Shown here piece after piece: positions 1 through 11,293 of a stretch of 64,000 nt of DNA (position 1 is its first letter; each line of letters begins with the position of its first letter). Under the pieces are notes generated by a model, which was not told the origin of the DNA, did no database searches, and worked only from the letters and a program-made list of their open reading frames with translations. The stretch is from the NCBI RefSeq assembly GCF_055900595.2, contig NZ_CM148325.1; one strand, written 5' to 3'. The position numbers and the translations under genes were made by a program.

Positions 1-1086
1 AACAGCCCAAAGAATGAGTCAGCCAAATTCACCTTTACTGGTGTGGTGAAAGCGCCGTTCTATAAAGATGGCGCATGGAAAAACGCTCTGAACTCCCCTG
101 CGCCGCTGGGCGAGCTGGAATCAGACGCTTTCGTCTATACCACGCCGAAGAAGAACCTTGAGGCCAGCAATTACAAGGGCGGTCAGGAACAATTCGCTGA
201 GGAACTGGATACCTTTGCCAGCTCGATGAATGACTTCTACGGACGTGATGGCGAAAACGGTAAGCACCGGATGTTTACCTATAAAAACTTGACGGGGCAC
301 AAGCATCGTTTCACCAACGATGTGCAGATCTCCATCGGTGATGCGCACTCTGGTTATCCGGTAATGAACAGCAGCTTCTCGACGAACAGCACCACGCTGC
401 CGACGACGCCGCTGAACGACTGGCTGATCTGGCACGAAGTTGGTCACAACGCCGCCGAAACGCCGCTGACTGTTCCTGGCGCAACTGAAGTAGCGAACAA
501 CGTGCTGGCGCTGTACATGCAGGATCGCTATCTCGGCAAGATGAACCGTGTCGCTGACGACATTACCGTCGCGCCGGAATATCTGGAAGAGAGCAACGGT
601 CAGGCATGGGCGCGCGGCGGTGCGGGTGACCGTCTGCTGATGTACGCGCAGCTGAAGGAATGGGCAGAGAAAAACTTTGATATCAAACAGTGGTATCCAG
701 AAGGCTCTCTGCCAGAGTTCTACAGCGAGCGTGAAGGGATGAAAGGCTGGAACCTGTTCCAGTTGATGCACCGTAAAGCGCGCGGCGATGAGGTTGGCAA
801 AACCAAGTTTGGAGAAAGAAATTACTGTGCCGAATCCAACGGTAACGCTGCCGACACGCTGATGCTGTGTGCCTCCTGGGTCGCCCAGACGGATCTTTCG
901 GAGTTCTTTAAGAAATGGAATCCGGGCGCGAATGCTTACCAGTTGCCGGGAGCGACAGAGATGAGCTTCGAGGGCGGTGTGAGCCAGTCGGCATACAACA
1001 CGCTGGCGTCGCTCAAGCTGCCGAAACCGGAACAGGGGCCGGAAACCATTAATAAGGTTACCGAATATTCTATGCCTGCTGAATAA
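1..1086 (+). CDS. yghJ: YghJ/SslE-like secreted lipoprotein metalloprotease, C-terminal part (5' end lies outside the window)
   Basis: Frame 1 is open from base 1 to the stop at 1086. Contains an HExxH zinc-metalloprotease motif (WLIWHEVGHNAAE). Gene order yghJ-pppA-yghG-gsp matches the E. coli T2SS-beta locus. Confidence 0.8.
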   Translation, partial: NSPKNESAKFTFTGVVKAPFYKDGAWKNALNSPAPLGELESDAFVYTTPKKNLEASNYKGGQEQFAEELDTFASSMNDFYGRDGENGKHRMFTYKNLTGHKHRFTNDVQISIGDAHSGYPVMNSSFSTNSTTLPTTPLNDWLIWHEVGHNAAETPLTVPGATEVANNVLALYMQDRYLGKMNRVADDITVAPEYLEESNGQAWARGGAGDRLLMYAQLKEWAEKNFDIKQWYPEGSLPEFYSEREGMKGWNLFQLMHRKARGDEVGKTKFGERNYCAESNGNAADTLMLCASWVAQTDLSEFFKKWNPGANAYQLPGATEMSFEGGVSQSAYNTLASLKLPKPEQGPETINKVTEYSMPAE

Positions 1087-1089
1087 CCC

Positions 1090-1235
1090 GGATAAGGCGC
1101 TTGCGCCGCATCCGGCATGAAATAAGGCGCATCGGGTCAACACATATGCCCGATGCGCCAGTTTATCGGGCCTGGAGGAAAGCCATATGGCATACACCCG
1201 CAGGCCCGCATCCGGCAAGTTACAACAAATAACCT
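1090..1235. repeat. REP-type extragenic palindromic repeats in the yghJ-pppA spacer
   Basis: GC-rich imperfect palindromic units (ccggataaggcgcttgcgccgcatccggc; gcccgatgcgcc; cccgcatccggcaag) typical of enterobacterial REP/BIME elements. Confidence 0.5.
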
Positions 1236-1241
1236 TTAACC

Positions 1242-2051
1242 ATGCTTTTTGATGTTTTTCAGCAATACCCTGCGGCGATGCCCATACTGGCAACCGTCGG
1301 AGGATTGATCATCGGCAGTTTTTTGAATGTGGTGATTTGGCGTTACCCCATCATGCTGCGCCAACAAATGGCGGAGTTTCACGGTGAAATGTCGAGTGCG
1401 CAGTCAAAAATAAGCCTTGCGCTGCCGCGTTCGCACTGTCCGCATTGCCAGCAGACTATCCGCGTTCGTGACAATATTCCGCTGCTCTCCTGGTTGATGC
1501 TCAAAGGGCGCTGCCGTGATTGTCAGGCGAAAATCAGCAAGCGTTATCCGTTGGTGGAGTTATTGACGGCACTCGCTTTTTTGCTGGCGAGTCTGGTGTG
1601 GCCAGAAAGTGGATGGGGGCTGGCGGTGATGATATTATCCGCCTGGCTGATTGCCGCGAGCGTCATTGACCTCGATAACCAATGGCTGCCCGATGTTTTT
1701 ACTCAGGGCGTATTGTGGACCGGGCTGATTGCGGCATGGGCGCAACAGAGTCCGTTAACGCTACAAGACGCAGTTACCGGCGTCCTGGTGGGGTTTATCA
1801 CTTTTTACTCCCTGCGCTGGATAGCCGGAATAGTTCTGCGTAAAGAAGCATTAGGCATGGGCGATGTATTACTTTTCGCCGCTTTAGGTGGCTGGGTGGG
1901 GCCGTTGTCGCTACCCAATGTTGCTTTAATCGCATCATGCTGCGGTCTGATATATGCCGTTATTACAAAAAGAGGATCAACCACACTGCCTTTTGGACCG
2001 TGTTTAAGTCTGGGCGGTATAGCAACACTTTATCTACAGGCATTGTTTTAA
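1242..2051 (+). CDS. pppA: Prepilin peptidase (type IV prepilin leader peptidase / N-methyltransferase)
   Basis: 269-aa polytopic membrane protein with a CxxC...CxxC tetracysteine motif (HCPHCQQ...CRDCQ) and conserved GMGD; matches recalled E. coli PppA. Confidence 0.85.
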   Translation: MLFDVFQQYPAAMPILATVGGLIIGSFLNVVIWRYPIMLRQQMAEFHGEMSSAQSKISLALPRSHCPHCQQTIRVRDNIPLLSWLMLKGRCRDCQAKISKRYPLVELLTALAFLLASLVWPESGWGLAVMILSAWLIAASVIDLDNQWLPDVFTQGVLWTGLIAAWAQQSPLTLQDAVTGVLVGFITFYSLRWIAGIVLRKEALGMGDVLLFAALGGWVGPLSLPNVALIASCCGLIYAVITKRGSTTLPFGPCLSLGGIATLYLQALF

Positions 2052-2116
2052 TGATAACCACGTCATTATCAAAGTGACATTTTAACTCTTATTAATAACC
2101 TTAGAGATTATTTACC

Positions 2117-2527
2117 ATGTCGATAAAACAGATGCCAGGGAGGGTATTAATATCGCTATTGTTGAGCGTTACAGGATTATTAAGTGGCTGCGCCAGCCAT
2201 AATGAAAACGCCAGTTTACTGGCGAAAAAACAGGCGCAAAATATCAGCCAAAACCTGCCGATTAAATCTGCGGGATATACCTTAGTGCTGGCACAAAGTA
2301 GCGGCACGACGGTAAAAATGACCATTATCAGCGAAGCGGGTACTCAGACCACGCAGACACCTGACGCCTTTTTAACCAGCTATCAACGACAAATGTGCGC
2401 TGACCCGACGGTGAAATTAATGATCACTGAGGGAATTAATTACAGCATAACGATTAATGATACACGTACAGGTAACCAGTATCAGCGGAAACTGGATCGT
2501 ACCACCTGTGGTATAGTCAAAGCATAA
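2117..2527 (+). CDS. yghG: T2SS-beta pilotin lipoprotein (YghG/GspS-beta-like)
   Basis: 136 aa; signal peptide with lipobox (LLSGC); sits between pppA and gspC as in E. coli. Confidence 0.7.
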   Translation: MSIKQMPGRVLISLLLSVTGLLSGCASHNENASLLAKKQAQNISQNLPIKSAGYTLVLAQSSGTTVKMTIISEAGTQTTQTPDAFLTSYQRQMCADPTVKLMITEGINYSITINDTRTGNQYQRKLDRTTCGIVKA

Positions 2528-2544
2528 CGTCGGGTAGATATAAA

Positions 2545-3504
2545 TTGGCGCGGGTTGTTTTTCGTGACGCACGAATTTATCTCATTCAATGGCTGACAAA
2601 AATTCGTCACACTCTTAACCAGAGACAATCTCTTAATACAGACAAAGAGCATCTGCGCAAAATTGCACGCGGGATGTTCTGGCTGATGCTGCTTATTATT
2701 TCTGCAAAAGTGGCGCATTCACTCTGGCGCTATTTCTCCTTTTCTGCGGAATATACGGCGGTTTCCCCATCGGCGAATAAACCGCTCCGTGCGGATGCAA
2801 AACCGTTCGATAAAAATGACGTGCAATTAGTCAGCCAACAAAACTGGTTTGGCAAATATCAACCCGTCGCCGCACCGGTAAAACAACCTGAATCTGCGCC
2901 TGTGGCAGAAACGCGTCTTAATGTGGTGCTGCGCGGGATCGCCTTTGGTGCCAGACCCGGCGCGGTTATTGAAGAAGGCGGCAAACAGCAGGTCTATTTG
3001 CAGGGTGAACGGCTTGGCTCTCACAACGCAGTGATTGAGGAAATCAACCGCGACCATGTGATGCTGCGCTATCAGGGGAAAATGGAACGTCTGAGTCTGG
3101 CAGAAGAGAAGCGTCCCACCATAGCCGTGACCAGCAAAAAAGCCGTCAGCGACGAAGCAAAGCAAGCTGTTGCTGAGCCTGCTGCCAGTGCGCCAGTGGA
3201 GATCCCGGCTGCCGTGCGTCAGGCACTGGCGAAAGATCCGCAGAAAATTTTTAACTATATCCAGCTTACGCCTGTGCGTAAGGAAGGGATTGTCGGTTAT
3301 GCAGTGAAACCGGGGGCAGATCGTTCTCTGTTCGATGCCAGCGGTTTTAAGGAAGGCGATATCGCCATTGCGCTAAATCAGCAGGATTTCACTGATCCAC
3401 GAGCAATGATTGCTCTGATGCGGCAGTTACCTTCAATGGATTCCATTCAACTTACGGTTTTACGCAAGGGTGCGCGCTACGACATTTCCATCGCGCTGCG
3501 CTAA
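2545..3504 (+). CDS. gspC: Type II secretion system protein GspC (start codon uncertain)
   Basis: One TM segment (FWLMLLIISAKV) then a periplasmic domain; immediately upstream of gspD. Several in-frame candidate starts. Confidence 0.7.
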   Translation: MARVVFRDARIYLIQWLTKIRHTLNQRQSLNTDKEHLRKIARGMFWLMLLIISAKVAHSLWRYFSFSAEYTAVSPSANKPLRADAKPFDKNDVQLVSQQNWFGKYQPVAAPVKQPESAPVAETRLNVVLRGIAFGARPGAVIEEGGKQQVYLQGERLGSHNAVIEEINRDHVMLRYQGKMERLSLAEEKRPTIAVTSKKAVSDEAKQAVAEPAASAPVEIPAAVRQALAKDPQKIFNYIQLTPVRKEGIVGYAVKPGADRSLFDASGFKEGDIAIALNQQDFTDPRAMIALMRQLPSMDSIQLTVLRKGARYDISIALR

Positions 3505-3533
3505 CCGCATTTAATCCAGGAGAATCATTCATC

Positions 3534-5594
3534 GTGTTTTGGCGTGATATGACGTTGTCGGTCTGGCGTAAGAAGACAACTGGCCTCAAAACAAAAAAGC
3601 GTTTACTGCCGCTGGTGCTGGCAGCGGCATTATGCAGTTCACCGGTCTGGGCGGAAGAAGCCACTTTCACCGCTAATTTTAAAGATACCGACCTGAAATC
3701 GTTCATCGAAACCGTCGGCGCTAACCTTAATAAAACCATCATTATGGGGCCGGGCGTTCAGGGGAAAGTGAGTATTCGCACCATGACCCCGCTCAATGAA
3801 CGCCAGTATTACCAGCTATTCCTTAACCTGCTGGAAGCACAGGGGTATGCCGTCGTACCGATGGAAAACGACGTGCTGAAGGTGGTGAAATCCAGTGCCG
3901 CGAAAGTCGAGCCGCTGCCGCTGGTTGGTGAAGGCAGCGACAACTACGCGGGCGATGAAATGGTCACCAAAGTCGTGCCGGTACGTAATGTGTCGGTACG
4001 CGAGCTGGCACCGATTCTGCGCCAGATGATCGACAGCGCAGGCTCAGGCAACGTTGTTAATTACGATCCCTCCAACGTGATTATGCTTACCGGACGCGCC
4101 TCAGTTGTGGAGCGCCTGACGGAAGTGATCCAGCGCGTGGATCATGCGGGTAATCGCACCGAAGAGGTGATCCCGCTGGATAACGCCTCGGCTTCGGAAA
4201 TCGCCCGCGTGCTGGAAAGCCTGACGAAAAACAGCGGCGAGAACCAGCCTGCGACGCTGAAATCTCAAATTGTCGCCGACGAACGCACCAACAGTGTGAT
4301 TGTCAGTGGTGACCCGGCCACGCGGGACAAAATGCGCCGCCTGATCCGTCGGCTGGACTCAGAAATGGAACGCAGCGGCAACAGCCAGGTTTTCTATCTC
4401 AAATACAGCAAAGCCGAAGATCTGGTCGATGTACTGAAGCAGGTCAGCGGCACGCTCACGGCGGCTAAAGAAGAGACGGAAGGCACCGTCGGTAGCGGGC
4501 GTGAGGTTGTCTCCATCGCCGCCAGCAAACACAGTAATGCCCTGATTGTTACCGCGCCGCAGGACATCATGCAGTCGCTGCAAAGCGTGATTGAACAACT
4601 GGATATTCGCCGTGCTCAGGTGCACGTCGAGGCGTTGATCGTGGAAGTTGCCGAAGGTAGCAATATCAATTTCGGCGTGCAGTGGGCGTCGAAAGATGCC
4701 GGATTAATGCAGTTTGCTAACGGTACGCAGATCCCTATTGGCACGCTGGGGGCAGCGATTTCTGCAGCCAAGCCGCAGAAAGGTTCCACGGTGATCAGCG
4801 AAAACGGTGCTACCACCATAAATCCGGATACTAACGGCGATCTCTCCACGCTCGCTCAGCTCCTTTCTGGCTTTAGCGGTACGGCGGTTGGCGTGGTGAA
4901 AGGCGACTGGATGGCACTGGTACAGGCGGTTAAAAACGACTCCAGCTCGAACGTGCTCTCCACGCCGAGCATCACCACGCTGGACAACCAGGAAGCCTTC
5001 TTCATGGTGGGCCAGGACGTTCCGGTATTAACTGGATCTACCGTTGGCTCCAATAACAGCAATCCTTTCAACACGGTAGAGAGGAAAAAAGTCGGCATCA
5101 TGCTGAAAGTCACGCCGCAGATTAACGAAGGTAACGCGGTACAGATGGTGATTGAGCAGGAAGTCTCGAAAGTGGAAGGGCAGACCAGTCTCGATGTCGT
5201 GTTTGGCGAGCGCAAACTGAAAACCACCGTGCTGGCTAACGATGGTGAGCTGATCGTGCTTGGCGGTCTGATGGACGACCAGGCGGGAGAAAGCGTGGCG
5301 AAAGTGCCGCTGCTGGGCGATATCCCGTTGATTGGTAACCTGTTTAAATCGACGGCGGATAAAAAAGAAAAACGTAACCTGATGGTGTTTATCCGCCCGA
5401 CCATTCTGCGTGACGGTATGGCGGCAGACGGTGTGTCGCAGCGCAAATATAACTACATGCGCGCCGAGCAAATCTACCGCGATGAGCAGGGCTTAAGCCT
5501 GATGCCGCACACCGCGCAGCCGATATTGCCTGCGCAAAATCAGGCCTTACCGCCAGAAGTTCGTGCGTTCCTCAATGCCGGGAGAACGCGTTAA
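3534..5594 (+). CDS. gspD: Type II secretion system secretin GspD
   Basis: 686 aa; signal peptide; conserved secretin C-domain motifs ([21 protein letters not shown]); 1-nt overlap with gspE (TAATG). Confidence 0.9.
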   Translation: MFWRDMTLSVWRKKTTGLKTKKRLLPLVLAAALCSSPVWAEEATFTANFKDTDLKSFIETVGANLNKTIIMGPGVQGKVSIRTMTPLNERQYYQLFLNLLEAQGYAVVPMENDVLKVVKSSAAKVEPLPLVGEGSDNYAGDEMVTKVVPVRNVSVRELAPILRQMIDSAGSGNVVNYDPSNVIMLTGRASVVERLTEVIQRVDHAGNRTEEVIPLDNASASEIARVLESLTKNSGENQPATLKSQIVADERTNSVIVSGDPATRDKMRRLIRRLDSEMERSGNSQVFYLKYSKAEDLVDVLKQVSGTLTAAKEETEGTVGSGREVVSIAASKHSNALIVTAPQDIMQSLQSVIEQLDIRRAQVHVEALIVEVAEGSNINFGVQWASKDAGLMQFANGTQIPIGTLGAAISAAKPQKGSTVISENGATTINPDTNGDLSTLAQLLSGFSGTAVGVVKGDWMALVQAVKNDSSSNVLSTPSITTLDNQEAFFMVGQDVPVLTGSTVGSNNSNPFNTVERKKVGIMLKVTPQINEGNAVQMVIEQEVSKVEGQTSLDVVFGERKLKTTVLANDGELIVLGGLMDDQAGESVAKVPLLGDIPLIGNLFKSTADKKEKRNLMVFIRPTILRDGMAADGVSQRKYNYMRAEQIYRDEQGLSLMPHTAQPILPAQNQALPPEVRAFLNAGRTR

Positions 5595-7087
5595 TGGTGC
5601 CTGTAGCACAGGAAACCACCGCTAACACCGTGCGTCTGCCCTACAGTTTCAGCCGTCGGTTTAGCCTGGTGGCATGGTGCGAAGCGTCGCTGGAGATCCT
5701 CCACGTTCATCCGTTGTCGCTCTCTGTTTTGCAGGAGCTGCAGCGGGGGCTGAACGCGCCCTTTACGCTGCGGCAAATCGACGAGGCCGAATTTGAACAG
5801 CAGCTGAATGCGGTCTGGCAGCGGGACTCTTCCGAGGCCCGCCAGCTGATGGAAGATCTCGGTTCTGCTGAGGACTTTTTTACTCTCGCTGAAGAACTGC
5901 CGGAAACGGAAGATCTGCTGGAAAGCGACGACGACGCGCCAATCATCAAACTGATCAACGCCATGCTGGCAGAGGCGATTAAAGAAGGCGCTTCGGATAT
6001 TCACATCGAGACATTTGAAAAGAGTCTGGTGATCCGTTTTCGTGTTGACGGTACATTACATGAAATGCTGCGCCCGGGGCGCAAACTGGCCTCGCTGCTG
6101 GTATCGCGTATTAAGGTGATGGCGCGGCTGGATATTGCCGAAAAGCGCGTACCGCAGGATGGGCGTATTGCGCTGCTGCTGGGCGGTCGGGCGATTGACG
6201 TGCGTGTCTCCACCATGCCTTCTGCCTGGGGCGAGCGCGTGGTGCTGCGACTGCTGGACAAAAACCAGGCCCGCCTGACGCTGGAGCGTCTGGGGCTGAG
6301 TCATGAACTGACCGCGCAGTTGCGCCAGCTACTGCACAAACCGCACGGTATCTTTCTGGTGACGGGGCCGACCGGTTCCGGCAAAAGCACCACGCTGTAC
6401 GCTGGATTGCAGGAGCTGAACAACCACTCGCGTAACATTCTCACGGTTGAAGACCCTATCGAATACATGATTGAAGGGATCGGTCAGACGCAGGTTAACA
6501 CCCGCGTCGGCATGACCTTCGCCCGTGGCCTGCGCGCGATTTTGCGTCAGGACCCGGATGTGGTGATGGTCGGTGAAATCCGCGATACCGAAACCGCAGA
6601 AATCGCTGTTCAGGCTTCACTGACCGGACACCTGGTACTTTCCACCCTGCATACCAACACAGCGGTGGGGGCGATCACGCGTTTGCAGGATATGGGCGTG
6701 GAGCCTTTCCTGCTCTCTTCCAGTCTGACGGGCGTGATGGCGCAGCGACTGGTTCGCACGCTGTGTCCCGACTGCTGCCAGTCCGCGCCTGCCACTGACG
6801 AAGAAAAACGCCTGCTGGGGATTACCGATGCGCATGCCGTCACGCTGTACCATCCGCAGGGCTGCCCCGCCTGTAATCACAAAGGTTTTCGCGGACGTAC
6901 TGCCATCCATGAACTGATTGTGGTGGACGCCACATTGCGTGATTTGATCCACCGTCAGGCCGGGGAACTGGAGCTGGAACGTTATGTCCGGCAACACTCT
7001 GCGGGTATCCGCAGTAACGGCATTGAGAAAGTGCTCGCCGGAGAAACCTCTCTCGATGAAGTTCTGCGGGTAACCATGGAGGCGTAA
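5594..7087 (+). CDS. gspE: Type II secretion ATPase GspE
   Basis: Walker [10 protein letters not shown], Walker B/His box, tetracysteine motif (CPDCC...CPAC). Confidence 0.9.
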   Translation: MVPVAQETTANTVRLPYSFSRRFSLVAWCEASLEILHVHPLSLSVLQELQRGLNAPFTLRQIDEAEFEQQLNAVWQRDSSEARQLMEDLGSAEDFFTLAEELPETEDLLESDDDAPIIKLINAMLAEAIKEGASDIHIETFEKSLVIRFRVDGTLHEMLRPGRKLASLLVSRIKVMARLDIAEKRVPQDGRIALLLGGRAIDVRVSTMPSAWGERVVLRLLDKNQARLTLERLGLSHELTAQLRQLLHKPHGIFLVTGPTGSGKSTTLYAGLQELNNHSRNILTVEDPIEYMIEGIGQTQVNTRVGMTFARGLRAILRQDPDVVMVGEIRDTETAEIAVQASLTGHLVLSTLHTNTAVGAITRLQDMGVEPFLLSSSLTGVMAQRLVRTLCPDCCQSAPATDEEKRLLGITDAHAVTLYHPQGCPACNHKGFRGRTAIHELIVVDATLRDLIHRQAGELELERYVRQHSAGIRSNGIEKVLAGETSLDEVLRVTMEA

Positions 7088-8310
7088 TGGCACTGTTTTA
7101 CTATCAGGCGCTGGAGCGTAATGGTCGCAAAACCAAAGGCATGATTGAGGCGGATTCCGCGCGTCATGCCCGTCAATTGTTACGCGGTAAAGACCTCATT
7201 CCCGTGCACATTGAAGCCCGGATGAATGCATCGGCAGGGGGATTGTTGCAGCGTCGGCGGCACGCACATCGTCGCGTGGCGGCGGCAGATCTGGCGCTGT
7301 TCACTCGTCAACTGGCAACGCTGGTGCAGGCAGCAATGCCGCTGGAAACCTGCTTACAGGCGGTCAGTGAGCAAAGCGAAAAACTGCATGTAAAAAGCCT
7401 CGGAATGGCGCTGCGCAGCCGGATTCAGGAAGGTTATACCCTGTCGGACAGCCTGCGCGAACATCCCCGCGTCTTTGACTCCCTGTTTTGTTCGATGGTC
7501 GCTGCCGGAGAAAAATCCGGACATCTCGACGTGGTGCTCAATCGCCTGGCGGATTACACCGAACAGCGGCAGCGTCTGAAATCACGCCTGCTGCAGGCCA
7601 TGCTCTACCCGCTGGTTCTGCTGGTGGTGGCAACGGGCGTGGTCACTATTTTGCTGACGGCAGTAGTGCCGAAAATTATCGAACAGTTTGATCATCTCGG
7701 ACACGCGCTACCCGCCTCCACCCGAATGCTCATCGCCATGAGCGACGCGTTACAGGCCAGCGGCGTGTACTGGCTGGCGGGTTTTCTGGGGCTTCTGGTG
7801 CTGGGGCAACGGCTACTCAAAAATCCTGCGATGCGCCTGCGCTGGGATAAAACCTTGCTGCGTTTGCCCGTGACGGGGCGTGTTGCGCGCGGACTGAATA
7901 CGGCGCGTTTTTCCCGCACATTAAGCATTCTCACCGCCAGCAGTGTTCCGCTGCTGGAAGGCATTCAGACCGCCGCCGCCGTGTCGGCAAATCGTTATGT
8001 CGAGCAACAACTGCTGCTGGCGGCAGATCGCATCCGCGAAGGAAGCAGCCTGCGCGCCGCGCTGGCGGATCTGCGCCTGTTCCCGCCGATGATGTTGTAC
8101 ATGATCGTCTCCGGCGAACAGAGCGGCGAGCTGGAAACCATGCTTGAACAGGCCGCGGTCAACCAGGAACGGGAATTTGATACCCAGGTGGGGCTGGCGT
8201 TAGGGCTGTTTGAGCCGGTGCTGGTGGTGATGATGGCGGGCGTGGTGCTGTTTATCGTCATCGCCATCCTCGAACCGATGCTGCAACTGAACAATATGGT
8301 TGGAATGTAA
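7087..8310 (+). CDS. gspF: Type II secretion inner-membrane platform protein GspF
   Basis: 407 aa with duplicated GspF domains and three TM segments; start overlaps the gspE stop. Confidence 0.9.
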   Translation: MALFYYQALERNGRKTKGMIEADSARHARQLLRGKDLIPVHIEARMNASAGGLLQRRRHAHRRVAAADLALFTRQLATLVQAAMPLETCLQAVSEQSEKLHVKSLGMALRSRIQEGYTLSDSLREHPRVFDSLFCSMVAAGEKSGHLDVVLNRLADYTEQRQRLKSRLLQAMLYPLVLLVVATGVVTILLTAVVPKIIEQFDHLGHALPASTRMLIAMSDALQASGVYWLAGFLGLLVLGQRLLKNPAMRLRWDKTLLRLPVTGRVARGLNTARFSRTLSILTASSVPLLEGIQTAAAVSANRYVEQQLLLAADRIREGSSLRAALADLRLFPPMMLYMIVSGEQSGELETMLEQAAVNQEREFDTQVGLALGLFEPVLVVMMAGVVLFIVIAILEPMLQLNNMVGM

Positions 8311-8326
8311 TTTACGGAGTTATCAC

Positions 8327-8782
8327 ATGAATTCGTTATCCCGCACACAAAAACCACGGGCAGGTTTTACCCTGCTGGAAGTGATGGTGGTGATTGTTAT
8401 TCTTGGCGTCCTGGCAAGTCTGGTGGTGCCTAACCTGTTGGGCAACAAAGAGAAAGCCGATCGGCAAAAAGCCATCAGCGATATCGTGGCGCTGGAGAAT
8501 GCGCTGGATATGTACCGACTGGATAACGGGCGTTATCCGACTACCGAACAGGGGCTGGAGGCGCTGATCCAGCAACCGGCCAATATGGCGGATTCCCGTA
8601 ACTACCGTACCGGTGGATACATTAAACGACTGCCAAAGGATCCGTGGGGCAATGATTATCAGTATCTCAGCCCGGGTGAAAAAGGGCTGTTTGATGTTTA
8701 TACCCTGGGAGCAGATGGTCAGGAAAACGGGGAGGGCGCTGGCGCAGATATCGGTAACTGGAATTTGCAGGAGTTTCAGTAA
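8327..8782 (+). CDS. gspG: Type II secretion major pseudopilin GspG
   Basis: Prepilin leader then GFTLLEVMVV. ATG at 8327 preceded by GGAG; the track start at 8300 was rejected. Confidence 0.85.
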   Translation: MNSLSRTQKPRAGFTLLEVMVVIVILGVLASLVVPNLLGNKEKADRQKAISDIVALENALDMYRLDNGRYPTTEQGLEALIQQPANMADSRNYRTGGYIKRLPKDPWGNDYQYLSPGEKGLFDVYTLGADGQENGEGAGADIGNWNLQEFQ

Positions 8783-8785
8783 TCA

Positions 8786-9349
8786 GTGCCTGAACGCGGA
8801 TTCACACTTCTGGAAATCATGCTGGTGATTTTCCTTATCGGCCTTGCCAGTGCGGGCGTGGTACAGACGTTTGCGACCGCTTCAGAGCCGCCTGCGAAAA
8901 AAGCGGCGCAGGATTTTCTGACTCGCTTTGCGCAGTTTAAGGACAGGGCAGTGATCGAAGGGCAAACACTCGGTGTGCTAATCGACCCGCCAGGTTACCA
9001 GTTTATGCAGCGTCGTCACGGGCAATGGTTGCCCGTTTCTGCGACCCGGTTATCGGCACAGGTTACGGTGCCGAAACAGGTGCAGATGCTGTTACAACCC
9101 GGCAGTGATATCTGGCAGAAGGAATATACGCTGGAGCTGCAGCGTCGTCGCCTGACGCTGCACGATATTGAACTGGAGCTGCAAAAAGAGGCGAAAAAGA
9201 AGACGCCGCAGATCCGTTTTTCGCCTTTTGAACCCGCCACGCCGTTTACGCTGCGCTTCTACTCGGCGGCGCAAAACGCATGTTGGGCGGTAAAGCTGGC
9301 GCACGATGGCGCGTTATCCCTCAATCAATGTGATGAGAGGATGCCATGA
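8786..9349 (+). CDS. gspH: Type II secretion minor pseudopilin GspH
   Basis: GTG start; N-terminal prepilin motif RGFTLLEIM. Confidence 0.8.
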   Translation: MPERGFTLLEIMLVIFLIGLASAGVVQTFATASEPPAKKAAQDFLTRFAQFKDRAVIEGQTLGVLIDPPGYQFMQRRHGQWLPVSATRLSAQVTVPKQVQMLLQPGSDIWQKEYTLELQRRRLTLHDIELELQKEAKKKTPQIRFSPFEPATPFTLRFYSAAQNACWAVKLAHDGALSLNQCDERMP

Positions 9350-9717
9350 AGCGCGGATTTACCTTGATGGAAGTGATGCTCGCGCTGGCGATTTTTGCGC
9401 TGGCTGCCACGGCGGTGTTACAGATTGCCAGCGGTGCGCTGAGTAATCAGCAAATCCTTGAGGAGAAAACGGTAGCGGGCTGGGTAGCTGAAAACCAGAC
9501 TGCGCTGCTTTACCTGATGACCCGTGAACAACGAGCGGTCAGGCACCAGGGCGAGAGTGATATGGCAGGAAGCCGCTGGTACTGGCGAACCACACCGCTG
9601 AATACCGGTAACGCGCTGCTCCAGGCGGTGGATATTGAAGTCAGCCTTCACGAAGACTTTTCGCCGGTGATTCAGTCACGACGCGCCTGGTTTAGCGCCG
9701 TGGGAGGCCAACAGTGA
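9346..9717 (+). CDS. gspI: Type II secretion minor pseudopilin GspI
   Basis: Prepilin motif KRGFTLMEVM; overlaps neighbouring genes by 4 nt. Confidence 0.8.
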   Translation: MKRGFTLMEVMLALAIFALAATAVLQIASGALSNQQILEEKTVAGWVAENQTALLYLMTREQRAVRHQGESDMAGSRWYWRTTPLNTGNALLQAVDIEVSLHEDFSPVIQSRRAWFSAVGGQQ

Positions 9718-10319
9718 GAAGGACTCGCGCTGGTTTCACGTTACTGGAAATGCTGGTGGCGATAGCCATTTTTGCCTCACTGGCACTGATGGCGCAGCAG
9801 GTGACAAACGGCGTCACGCGCGTGAATAGCGCCGTCGCCGATCACGATCAAAAACTAAACCTCATGCAGCAAACGATGAGTTTTCTGACCCACGATCTGA
9901 CCCAAATGATGCCGCGTCCGGTAAGAGGCGATCAGGGCCAGCGTGAACCAGCGTTACTGGCGGGCGCTGGCGTGCTGGCGTCTGAGAGTGAAGGGGTGCG
10001 TTTTGTACGTGGCGGCGTGGTCAATCCGTTGATGCGTCTGCCGCGCAGTAATCTGCTCACCGTCGGTTACCGCATTCATGATGGTTATCTCGAACGGTTA
10101 GCCTGGCCGCTGACCGACGCAGCAGGCAGTGTGAAGCCGACAATGCAAAAGTTGATTCCGGCGGATTCGCTCCGTTTGCAGTTCTACGACGGCACGCGCT
10201 GGCAGGAGAGTTGGTCATCAGTGCAGGCGATCCCTGTGGCAGTACGCATGACCCTGCACTCGCCGCAATGGGGCGAGATTGAACGCATCTGGTTGTTACG
10301 CGGGCCGCAATTATCATGA
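9714..10319 (+). CDS. gspJ: Type II secretion minor pseudopilin GspJ
   Basis: GTG start; prepilin motif RAGFTLLEMLVA. Confidence 0.8.
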   Translation: MRRTRAGFTLLEMLVAIAIFASLALMAQQVTNGVTRVNSAVADHDQKLNLMQQTMSFLTHDLTQMMPRPVRGDQGQREPALLAGAGVLASESEGVRFVRGGVVNPLMRLPRSNLLTVGYRIHDGYLERLAWPLTDAAGSVKPTMQKLIPADSLRLQFYDGTRWQESWSSVQAIPVAVRMTLHSPQWGEIERIWLLRGPQLS

Positions 10320-11293
10320 TCACCTTACCACCAAAACGCGGAATGGCACTGGTCGTGGTGCTGGTATTGCTGGCGGTTATGATGCTGGTGACCATCACGC
10401 TTTCCGGGCGGATGCAGCAACAACTTGGGCGAACGCGCAGCCAGCAGGAGTACCAGCAGGCGCTGTGGTACAGCGCCAGTGCAGAAAGCCTGGCGTTGAG
10501 CGCACTCAGTCTGAGCCTGAAAAATGAAAAGCGTGTGCATCTGGCACAGCCGTGGGCTTCTGGCCCGCGTTTTTTCCCACTGCCGCAGGGGCAAATCGCC
10601 GTCACTCTGCGTGACGCACAGGCCTGCTTTAACCTGAATGCCCTCGCTCAGCCGACGACGGCGTCGCGTCCGCTCGCGGTACAACAACTGATTGCCCTGA
10701 TCTCGCGCCTCGATGTGCCTGCTTATCGGGCCGAACTGATAGCCGAAAGCCTGTGGGAGTTTATTGACGAAGACCGCAGCGTGCAGACGCGTCTGGGTCG
10801 TGAAGACAGCGAGTATCTTGCCCGTTCGGTGCCGTTCTACGCCGCGAATCAACCGCTGGCGGATATCAGTGAAATGCGCGTGGTACAGGGAATGGACGCC
10901 GGGCTTTATCAAAAACTGAAACCGTTGGTTTGTGCGCTGCCGATGGCCCGCCAGCAAATCAACATCAATACATTAGATGTCACGCAAAGTGTGATTCTTG
11001 AGGCGCTGTTTGACCCGTGGTTAAGCCCTGTTCAGGCGCGGGCATTATTACAACAACGTCCGGCGAAGGGCTGGGAAGATGTCGAGCAGTTTCTTGCACA
11101 GCCGCTACTTGCTGACGTCGATGAGCGAACTAAAAAACAGCTAAAAACCGTCCTGAGCGTGGACAGCAATTACTTCTGGCTGCGTTCAGATATCACCGTG
11201 AATGAGATTGAACTGACGATGAATTCGTTAATTGTCCGCATGGGCCCACAACACTTTTCTGTTCTCTGGCATCAGACAGGAGAAAGTGAGTGA
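10316..11293 (+). CDS. gspK: Type II secretion minor pseudopilin GspK
   Basis: 325 aa; N-terminal hydrophobic segment (GMALVVVLVLLAVMM); position in the operon. Confidence 0.8.
   Translation: MITLPPKRGMALVVVLVLLAVMMLVTITLSGRMQQQLGRTRSQQEYQQALWYSASAESLALSALSLSLKNEKRVHLAQPWASGPRFFPLPQGQIAVTLRDAQACFNLNALAQPTTASRPLAVQQLIALISRLDVPAYRAELIAESLWEFIDEDRSVQTRLGREDSEYLARSVPFYAANQPLADISEMRVVQGMDAGLYQKLKPLVCALPMARQQININTLDVTQSVILEALFDPWLSPVQARALLQQRPAKGWEDVEQFLAQPLLADVDERTKKQLKTVLSVDSNYFWLRSDITVNEIELTMNSLIVRMGPQHFSVLWHQTGESE

Noticed and set aside
121..1293. 390-aa minus-strand ORF overlapping yghJ and the pppA start (and similar long antisense ORFs inside gspD, gspE, Ag43 and the kps genes)
   Set aside because: Antisense shadow ORFs inside well-supported genes in GC-rich DNA; Arg/Gly/Ser-rich low-complexity translations with no motifs.
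8300..8326. Upstream start for gspG (MECNLRSYH...)
   Set aside because: Prepilin leaders are short; the ATG at 8327 has a GGAG Shine-Dalgarno and gives a typical leader before GFTLLE.
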